From Felis catus (lineage: Eukaryota), in assembly GCF_018350175.1 (NCBI RefSeq), contig NC_058383.1:40610001-40674000 (forward strand): a stretch of 64,000 nt of DNA, written 5' to 3'. Of the stretch, positions 46,410 to 56,322 are shown piece after piece. The number at the start of each line of letters is the position of its first letter. The first letter of the stretch is position 1. A program made the translations under genes and the position numbers. The notes beneath the pieces were generated by a model. The model saw only the letters and a program-made list of their open reading frames with translations, ran no database searches and had not been told where the DNA came from.

Positions 46410-49094
46410 TACTCAGTGACTGACCCCATGAGCAATCGTGAATCTGTCCGACGTTGGGTATTTGGGGGTCCCGGATCCCTGCCCTCTTCCCTGCATGGGG
46501 CAGACCTCTGCCCTAGGCCCCCCAGCAGGACCCAGGATGGACCTCATGGTCCCGGCTACTGACCTGTCCTCCCCCACCGTGCAGTGAGCACCCCACAGCC
46601 CTAGTGTGAGGGCCGGGCTCTGGGTAGAGGACCGAAACTGGGTCAGTCCTGTTCCTGGAGATCCCCATTTCTGGCCAAAAACATTGCAGCATCCATCTGT
46701 TCTCACCAGTTCTTCCTAGAGCTGTGGTCTCCACATCCGCCTTAGGGCCCTTCACCGTCTCAGAGGGCCAGCCAGTCTCCAGGGTCGGGGAGAGCAGGAG
46801 GCCGGTGTGACCAGCCGCAGGACACTTGTCTGGACGCACTGGCCTGGGGGGGCCCAAGGGCTGGGCCTACAGAACCAACAACAGAGAAGTCAGAGGGCTG
46901 GGTATACCTCGTAGTCCCTAAGGAAGGCATGAGGGTAAGGCAGGAGTAGGCACTATCCTGGGGAATGTTCTCTGTGTGCTGCTGCTCCCCGTAAAAGACC
47001 TCCTTGGTGCCTTGAATCCCCCCGGGATCCAGAAAGCCACCCACAGGCCAGGTCTGGACCTTGCTTCCTACGGGTAGGCTGGGAGGTTGTCTCCCACCAC
47101 CCCGTGGGCCTCTAGGCTGAGACTGCAGAAGCCAGACACGGGCGCACATGGCCTGTCTGTCCCCCCCCCATGCCCTGGCCGTGGGTGGGCAGGGTTGAAG
47201 GGTGTGGGAATGGTGCAGGTGCCCCTGGGCAAAGGGGAAAAGGAGAGCTTCCTTAGCAAGAGTGGCGGGACAGGCACTGCTGGTGGGGCCAGAGCATGGG
47301 CAGGTCCCCACTGGGGAGCTGCGTGTGCTGGTGGGGCCCAGCCCCCAGCCATGTGGAAGGGCAGCTGGACTTCGGTTAGGCCTGTCCACACCAGGGGAGG
47401 GGGGAGCTGTCTTCAGCCGGTCCCTCTAGCTGTTGGCACCTTAGGCCCTGGGTCAACACGCCTGCTTGGCGGTGAGGCTGGCTCTCGGGGCACGTGTGGC
47501 TCTCCTTGTGGTGCTGATGACAGTAGTTCAGTGGCTGACCCAGCACCGTGGGGTTCCAGGCCCCCGTATCCCCCGGGCCCTGCCCCCCTCAGCTGGGGAT
47601 AAGCTTCCACGGCACCTCCCACTCTACCTCAGGGGACCCATCCCGGGCCCCAGAGCATGTGCACCACAGCTTTTTGCCATTGAGGACACCTGCCTGCTGC
47701 CTTCATCCCCTCCCGGCCTCACAGCACGCACACTTACGGACACACACGCTCACGGGGCAGAAAGTGCCGCATGCGTGGCTGAACCCAGGTGCCACACGAT
47801 CCACGTGTGCCTGATGTCCCTGTGGGGAACACATCTATCATTCACATAGTTGTGGCCGCCCCCAGGCACACGCGTGTGCACAAAGACACCAGCACACACG
47901 ACAGCTGCAGACACGCACGTGTACGAATACACACGTGACCCCCAGGGCACAGACACATTCCCCAGTGGGCAGGGGTGTGCGTTGGGCGGCTGCCAACCGT
48001 GAGCTCAGTCTGTCGCTCCGCCGGGGCCGGAGGGCAGGTGTCTGCTGTGCTCAAGGTCCCCCGGGGCGGACACGGCACCGTCACTTGGCACAGCCCTGGT
48101 CTCTCCCCTGCACATCTGCCTGGTAGGCATCGCTGCAGGACTGGGTGGCCAGGCAGGCAGGGTGTCAGGCGAGGCATGGAGCCGAGCAGGGACACAGGCG
48201 CCCACCCCCTGCACCAGCCCTGTGCCCCAGGGCTCAGCTGCAGGGTCTGACACACTCCGTGGGCTGGGGTCCCTAGTGGCTGGAGCACCCGTCACCTGGC
48301 TTATACTCCCCTGCATTGGACAGCCACCCCCGGGCGCGGGAGCAGCCTCCCTCTACAGCAGAAGGTCTCCGAGCCCAGGTGAGAAGTGACGGCTGGGGCA
48401 GGGCCACCCGAACCTCAGGGCGCAGGCTGGGAGTCAGTGTCATCGTGGCTCTGGGTGGGGAGCTGAGCCCCTCTGAGCTAATGCTTTGCTCCCTGCAGAG
48501 GACAGTAACACCCTGGGTGGAGCGCAATCTAGAAGCCCACAAGCGCCAACACCCTCAGGACCTCCATCTGCAGGCTGGCCAGGGCTGTTCCGGGGCTGTG
48601 GTGGGGGTTGTGGCCGGAGGCAAGGTCTGGCTGGGCCTCCAGGTCTCCCTGGAGGAGAAGAGCTTTCTAGGCCACCCAGGTGTGGGCACAGGTTAGGGAA
48701 CCCCTGAAGCTTCAACCCCCAGCTCCGTGCGGGGGACTTACTGGGACCACCGCTCCTGCCCTGCAGCTGTGTGGAGATCTGTTTATCGGAGACACCAGAG
48801 CCTGCAGGTGCCATGACCCTGACCTGCTATAAGGAAGGTCCCAGGGTTAGGGCCGGCCCCCTTCTGCCACTCCCTTTGGTTCCGCGGAGCTATTGTTTGT
48901 GGGGCTGTTACCCTCCCCAAAGACAGACACACTTGTGGGGCAGCCATCCTGTGTGACCCCAGACTGCAATGTCCTCTCTGTGCCCGGGCCGAGGAGGGCA
49001 GGGGACGGTGATGGCGTGGGCCTCATCACGTCCTATCTCCTCTCCAGCTTGTCCTGAACCCACCGCCCGTGACCCCACACCTTCCTGCACAGCC

Positions 49095-52000
49095 ATGGGC
49101 CTAAGAGCAGGTGAGACTGCCCCCCCTCACAAAGGGGCACCGTGGACCCTCCGGGGGTGGTTCCCACGGCCGGCTCCTCTCAGGTGGCAGGACCATCTGT
49201 GGTCATAGGGACACAGGGAGCCCTGGGCAGACCCTTGACGGATGCCCCCACCAGGCAGGCACAGCCCTGCCGGGGGGGGGGGGTGTCAGCCGCTCATGGC
49301 CCATTCTGTTCCAGGTGCCCAGGTGAGCCCAGGCCTCGCCCTCCTCATGTGGCTCACCGCCCACTGCTCTTGTCCCCAGGCCCAGGGCTTCTCCCAGGGA
49401 GGGCTGGACGCCAGCAGGGCTGACCTGTGGGCCAGGTGAGTGCCAGCCCCTCCTGCAGTTCCAACCTACAGGTCACATCCTGGCAGCTGATCCCCTAGCA
49501 GGCGGTGGGGGGGGGGGGGGAGGAAGGTGTGGCTCCAGGGGCTGCACCTGACGGCCCAGGCGAGGCTGAGGCAGGGCTGCCCCCAGCACTCACCGACCTT
49601 GCCCCAAGGTGGCCCAGATCACCCAGTGTCCTGCATCATGTCCCAACCACACCAGAGTGGCCAAGAGTGGGTCCCCCAGGTTGTCGCAGCTGGGACTGGG
49701 GCCGCTGAACCCCTCACCTCTCGCACTGCTCTCCCGGCCAGAGTCCTCTCGGTTTCTTCCCCTGCCCCGAGGCTTGGCTGCTCTCTCAGGTCCCAAGCAC
49801 TGTTCAGAGGGCTCATGCATGGGCTCAGCCACCCTTCCCTTCCCTGGGAGTCAGAGACCTCTCGTGGACCATCAATCACTGACCAATCAGTGTGCTGATT
49901 AGGCAGGGCTGGAGACCCAGGCTGAAGTCCCGTGAGATGCCCTCCCCACACACGGATTTTAGTAGACGCACAGCCTGCGGAGCACTCAGCTAGGAACCAG
50001 CCTGGCCGTGGTGACACCGCAGATGCCCGGACCACATCTGCTCCAAACACTCAGCTGTTGCTGGGGCCGGGGAGCTCACTCGAACTCGGAGCCCCCTGGG
50101 ACGGGGCCTCGGGCGGGAGCACAGACCCAGAGTCCAGGCCGGGGCCATACTGAAGCCCTGCTCATCGCCTGGAGCCCGGGGCCAACTACGTGCCACAGGG
50201 GCACAAGTGCGTGCCGAGCGGAGCCGCGGTCTTGCCTGCGCCCAGGCGCCACCAGCCACCCTTCCTGTGTCTCAGCCCCTGGGTGTTGGGGAGCTGACCT
50301 CCCTCCTGTGCACTGCAGTCCGGGCTACACCGCCCCCCCCCACTCACCGCCTGCCTCCTTTCTGCCCAGTGCCAACGCCTCCCTCCTGCACAGCTTCTGG
50401 TGCCAGCCGGCCAGCCAGCTGCCCCGGGACCAGCTCTCCGCTCTCATCAGGGCCATGGCGACTCGCCGGGTCCTCCTCAGAGCCTGGCAGGTGAATGGCT
50501 GTGGCGGATGGGTGCAGGCTGGGGTGCTGACGGCAGGGGTGTCCCCAGCGCAGGACACGGGCCAGCGGGGGGCCTGCGGGGCCGGGTGGGGGCTAGCTCA
50601 CGGTGGGGGAGCACTGGGGCCCTGCGGGAGACACCGCCAGCGTCACCACCGCCTGAGGGGTGTCGCTTCAGTAAACCCCTATGCGACAGGGGGTCTGGCC
50701 CTCCAGAGGTTGGGCTTTCCCTCCCCTGAGTGATTCTCTGCTGCTGCCCACTTTGGATCATTTCTAGGGCCTTCTCCACCAATTACCTGCAGACCCCCTG
50801 CCTTCTGTTCTTGTGTTCGGGTGAGGGCTTATCCGCCAGGCCTGCGCTGGCCGCTCCTCCCTCCATCTGTCACGCAGCGTCCCCCTTTGGGACGGGTTCT
50901 GGGCCCTGGGCAGATCCCCCAGCCTGCTGGCCTCTCCCTGCGACCCACCACTGATCCAAGCATTGCCCGTCCCTGAGTTTAAAGAAACGGAAGGATGAAA
51001 AGCTACCATTTTGTCTCTTTATAATATTGGTATGAAATTAGTACTGAACCTAGAACGACCTCAAAGTGAGTCAAGCAACACAAGAAACCCAGGCAGGCGG
51101 CCCTGAGATAAATGCCTCTGAGTCACCGTAGTGCAGGGGGGCCCAGGGTGGGGAGGACTCTCGGGCTGGCCTTGACACATCCCGAGAGCGGCTGAGACGG
51201 GAAGACGACGTGATGTCCAGGTGAGGCGGGGTCCAGGCAGGCAGGGAAGGGGCCGCCCTGAGGGAGAGGGTGACGTGGCAGAGAGAAGGGGGCCGGGGGA
51301 GCCCCGGGCTGGGCGAGAGAGTGACCCATCACCGCCCTGCCCAGCTCAGCTGCCTGGCCAACCTGGCCACGCTGCACGGCCTCCAGGACGACTTTGAGCT
51401 CCACCCGCCGGACCTGCTGCTTTTCTACAAGTGAGTGCCCGCTCTCGGCCCGAAACCCGGGCGGCACAGGCTGAGCGTGCCTCCTTTGGAGTCCCGGGGA
51501 CCCCAGCTCCCCAGGGATATCCGGGCCGCCCCAGAGCACCGTTGGCCGGTCCCCACCCTCCCGACAGCCCCCCAACCCTCCCGCAGCCTGACGCAGGTGA
51601 GGGAAGCCGACTGCCGGGCCTTCACCCACCGTGCCGCCCAGGGGGACACGGAGCTGCTGGCCAACCTGCCGGACCAGAGGGCCGCCCTGCAGCGTGTGGC
51701 CTTGGCCTGCCTGGTAGGCACCGCGGGCGGGCCCCGGGCGGGCCGGGTGGACCGGAAGTGGGGCCAGGCTCACGCTGACCTGCCGTCCCGTAGGGAGGAC
51801 CCCGCTTGCGGCTCAGCGCCTCTGACCTGCTGCTCCTCGGGGTCCTGGTGTGCGACATGGACGCGTCCAGCATCGTGGCCGCGGACCCCCGTGTGCTGCA
51901 GAATCTGCAGCGCTGCCATCGGCTGACCGCCCCCCAGCAAGCCGCCCTCAACACGCTGCTGGCCAGTGGGGGGACCACGCTTGGGTAGGCAGGGCCGGAA

Positions 52001-55000
52001 CTCTCTGCCCAGGCCTCCCCCCCCCCCGGAGGAGACCGCCAGTGTGTACCGCTCTGCCGACTTTCGACCTCTCGCCCCGGCTCACAGCCCCACTGACCCC
52101 GCAGCCTGGGACACACCGGCTTAGGGGTGCTGCCCCCACCCTCCGAACCCCACGGTCCCCTGCCCCCACACCCGGAGTGGGAGAGTCTCTCCTGAGCAGG
52201 GTGTCCCCCCGCAGGGCAGGCCCCAGAAAGTGGGTGCTCGGAGAGGGACAGGCAGCCTCCAGGCCCCAGGGCTGTGCTCCCAACCCTGACACAGTGCCCC
52301 CCTTCCCACATGCCAGGCCTCCGGGTTCCTGGAACCTAGAGGGGCTGCGGGCTCTGGGACCCCTGGCCACCTACATCAGCTCCAGCCTGTGGATGCAGGT
52401 GCAGCAGGTAGGGTGCTCTGGAGTGGGGGGTTGTCCAGCTGGCTGTGGACAAGGGGAGGGGCGTCCGGCCGGCCTTCCACCAGCCACTCCGCTGGGGACT
52501 GGTGTCCCCAGTCCCTCCCTGCCCCAGGGTTTCCATCCGTGGGGCGGGAGGAGGAACCAGGGGCCCCTGCCAGCCCCTGGCCAGGGTATGGAGTCTGTAT
52601 GCCCGCTCTGCCAGGCTGTGGGCCTGGACTTCTTCGGCAGCACGGTGGCCACATACCGAGCTGGGCGGCTTAGTCAGCAGGACGCCAGGCGCTTCGTCAC
52701 TGGCTTTCTGAAGGCCAAGGCTGAGTCGGTGTCCTCTCGGCCCAAGCGGGGCACAGGTCAGTGTGGCCACTGTGGCCCGGGGATGCTCTGTCTCCTCCGC
52801 TTTGGGCTCCTAACCCTAGGGCGGGCTCACCCAACATGTGGCATGCTGGCCTGGGCGTGGCCTAGGGGTCTGCATCCAGCTGAGGGGTGCGGGGGGGGGG
52901 GGGGGGTGGAGGGGTGTCGGGGTTCGTTAGAGCCCAGTGGAGCTGAACTGTAAGGTCGGGCCTGGGTTGGGAGTCGAGGTCAAACTCAATCTGGTCTGGA
53001 CACAGTTTTCTTGGCTAGAGGTCAAGCTTGGGGAGAGAGTCAAGGGCGGGCCAAATTCAGGAGTGAGGTGGGTGGGGCCCCAGGTCAGCACAGGTCAGCT
53101 CAAAACCCCCAACCCACCCCCAGCCACAGGGAGACCCTGCCTCCGCGGGGACATCACGGCGGCCACGCTGCGCGACGACCTCTTTCTGGTGCACTATGAC
53201 TGCGTGCAGCTGGAGTCCTGCCTGGGGAGCCGCGTGCTCAAAGCCAACCTGGACCCCCTGCTGCAGCACCCGCTGCCGGCCGAGTGCCAGCGCGTCGTCA
53301 AGGCCAAGCTGGCTCGGGTGCGCCGCGGACCAGCTGCGGGAAGAGGTGGGCGGGCGCCGGGCGGTGTGGCCTGACCCCCCCACCCCCACCCCAGGTCTAC
53401 CCGCGCGGGGTCCCCGAGGAGCAGCTGCCGCTCATCGCCTCGCTGGTCTACCTCTACTCCCGCTCCGAGATCGGCCAGTGGAACGTCACGTCCAGAGACA
53501 CCGTCGTGGCCCTGCTGGCCTCAGATGTGGCCCTGGAGAACCAGACTGAGGTGAGGGCGGTGCGGGGGGCGTGGGGGTGGGGGGCGCCGACCCCGGCCCC
53601 GCTGACCCGGCCTCGCCTCCAGGCTGTGCTACAGAAGTACCTGGACCACAACGGCACCCTCACCGGCGCCCTGCTCGTGGCCATCGGGGGCTCCCGCCTC
53701 TGCTGGATGAGCGCCAGGCAGATCCAGGCCATCAGGCCCTCGGAGTTCCGGTGAGCCGGCCCAGTGACCGCCCCCTCACCGCCCCTCAGCCAAGGAGGGT
53801 GGGGCTCGGCCAGGCCACCTAAGGCTGTTAGTTTTCTACGGCTGCACAACAGAGTGCCATTAACCCAGCCGTTTGAGACCTCTGGCTGTCTGGAGACCGG
53901 AAGTCTGAGATCAAGGCGTCACAGGACCAGCTGCCTCTGAGGCCTGCAGGGGACGTTCCTGCTTCTGGGGCTGCCCGAACCCCTTGGCCTTCCCGGGCTG
54001 GCGGACGCCTCGCCCCGGCCTCGGCCTCCGTGGTCACGCGGCCTCGCACTCGGTCTGCGTACAGATCTCCTTCTTGCATCCAGTTGTTAGACCTTGGGCC
54101 ACGCTAATCAGCGTGGGGTCATGTTAGAATAGACCTACAGAGAGCGACCACGACTCCGTTTTCAAACGAGACCACCTTCTGAGGCTGGGGCAGGTGCGAG
54201 TTTGGGGAGGGACGCTATTAGGCACAGTACAGAGGGCGAGAGGAAAGCTGTGGAGGGGAGCGGCCAGGAGCGTGAGGGGCTCCCGGCCTGCCCAGCAGCC
54301 TCCTCCTCCCCCAGGCTGGCCGGGGCCCTGGATATCTCCTCCTGCCCTCAGAGCCGGAAAGACGTGCTCTACGCCAAGGCCCGCGAGGCCTTCGGCAGCA
54401 CCAGGACCACGGCTGCCTATTACCGCTTCATGCGTCCTTACCTTGGTGAGACCCTGCCCTGTGTGCAGCAGCCCGTCCCCAGAAGCCCGCCGCCCCTCTC
54501 CCCTCACCACTGCCCGGCCCCCAGGAGGTGCCCCCGTGGAGGAGCTGCGGCATCTGGTCCAGGCGAACGTCTCCATGGACATCGACACGTTCACCAATCT
54601 GAACCCCCGTGTGCTGCAGGTGGGCCCTGGGGGCTGCCCGCCCAGGGTAGGCCCGAGCGCCCCAAAGTCAAAGGGATGCAGACCGCGTGAACCCCAGCTC
54701 ACTGCTGCCAGGCCTCACCCCTGTGCTCACTCCTCAGTCAAGCACTGCCCTGCCAGGTCTGCCCTTGGCCCCAAAGCTGGCCTCTGCGGGACCCTCCGGA
54801 CCTCCCCCCCACGGCCCCCTCCCTTCCCTCGCAGAGCCTGAGTGTCGGCAATGTGACGACACTGCTGGGCCAGAACGTGGGGGACCTACAGAAGGCACGG
54901 AGCCACCCGACCATCAGCTCTTGGCTGCGCAGCCTCAACAGGTCGGCCCTTGGCGAGCTGGGCCTAGACACGGACCCTGCCGGCCTCAGCGGCCCAGGCC

Positions 55001-55764
55001 GCTCCACCACCGTCACCCCCAACACCGTGCCCCGGGGGTCCTACCCAGCCCCCACGTCAGGCCTCCCCAGGCACAGCGCCCCCGCCTCTGGTATGCTCCC
55101 AACCCGCCCTCGCCTCTGGTGGGCCTTCCGCACCCGGCCCGGTCGGTCTGCCCAGCGTCTCTGTGGACCCCCAACCTCACACTCTGTCAGCCACTCTGTT
55201 TGTCTCCCTGGGTGGCATCTGGGTGACACCGGCCTCACTCTTCACTGGTGGCTGAGTTATTGGAGGACAAAATCCCCTCCTCCAAAACCTGCTGAATGCC
55301 AGAAAGTGGGGGGTGGGGTGGGGGGGAGAAGCTGTGCCATCCCTACCCAGGGCCCAGGACAGCAGCCTACATGGCCTTCCCCAGCTGCAGGGACGGTGTG
55401 AGCCTTGAGGGGGTGCCCAGGCCCGGGAGGCGGCGGGACAGCCCAGGGGCGGCTCCCAGCTGGGACTGATGGGTGCTCCCTCCATGTTCTGCCTACAGGC
55501 AGCCCACCAGCCCATCTGGGGTACCTGCCACTCTCTGTGGCCCTGCCCTCTGGCCTCCTGTGGCTGCTGTACTGGGGCACCCCAGGGCTCAGCCAGGACT
55601 GCTCCTGGGACACCCGCACTATGGCCTCTGAAGACGGCGCCGCCCCAGCACCACGAGCAGGGAAACGGGGGCTGGTAGCTGGGGTCCACCATGTCCGGCA
55701 TTCTAGGGGCCCGCAGGGCTGGTCCCCACCCACATCCAGCTCCCAGGACACGGAGCTGGAATGA
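49095..55764 (+). CDS. MSLNL: Mesothelin-like protein, 15 coding exons, 704 aa, intact ORF
   Basis: Exons 49095-49110, 49315-49435, 50370-50490, 51345-51430, 51587-51713, 51794-51984, 52317-52407, 52615-52756, 53130-53317, 53395-53550, 53623-53750, 54315-54445, 54525-54619, 54835-55090, 55499-55764 (2115 nt, phases consistent, no stops). Mesothelin-family sequence (FWCQPASQLPRDQL, LVCDMDAS, PPGSWNLEGL, YDCVQLESCL, GGAPVEELRHL..ANVSMDI). The 16-nt first exon and start codon are the least certain part. Confidence 0.92.
53826..54200 (-). mobile_element. MaLR (MLT1-like) LTR in an MSLNL intron
   Basis: tgttagttttctacggctgc...ctggagaccggaagtctgagatcaaggcgtc...ttttcaaacgagaccaccttctgagg. Confidence 0.7.
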
Positions 55765-55872
55765 GGATCTGGGCCCACCCCGAGGCCAGCCCTGAAGAGT
55801 TGACGGAGACGCTGTCCCAGCCCTCTGGTCTCCCTCAGATGCTGCTGGGAGGGGGCATCCCTGAGGGATTCG

Positions 55873-55878
55873 AATAAA
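55873..55878 (+). terminator. Polyadenylation signal AATAAA of MSLNL
   Basis: AATAAA ~110 nt after the stop, followed by GT/T-rich sequence. Confidence 0.8.
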
Positions 55879-56219
55879 AGACAAGGTGACCTTCCGGCCT
55901 GTGTCCCTTTGTTCTGAGCCCGAGGAGGGGCAGAGACCTTCTCAGCCGGGAACGGACTTCTGTGCCGTCGTCTTCCGGCCGTGTCTCCAGACGCCACCCT
56001 GAGTGTTGGCCTGGACTCGGAGGGGAGACCCCGGGACTGGAAACAGTGGTAGGACGGCCCTGAAGGCCACCTGCCTGCCTGGACTACCTCCCCTGGACCC
56101 CGTCCTCCAAGTGCAAATAGGAGGGGCTACAACTCGGGAACCACATCTACCAGGTCAGGGCCTTCCCACCACGTCCTCATAACACCACAGGGTGCCTCTG
56201 CAGGGAAGGAAAGTGTCCT

Positions 56220-56225
56220 TTTATT
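56220..56225 (-). terminator. Polyadenylation signal AATAAA of MSLN
   Basis: TTTATT on the + strand ~100 nt past the MSLN stop. Confidence 0.8.
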
Positions 56226-56322
56226 GAACCCCAGTCCCCTTGAGGCGGGCCAGGGAGCACCGGGGCCACTTTGGCCAGGCAGGGCCTCCAGCAGGGCGGG
56301 TCCAGCATCCAAAGCAGCGGGC

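Noticed and set aside
54835-55800. MIR662 (human locus lies in the MSLNL region)
   Set aside because: No hairpin or mature sequence I can support from the sequence.
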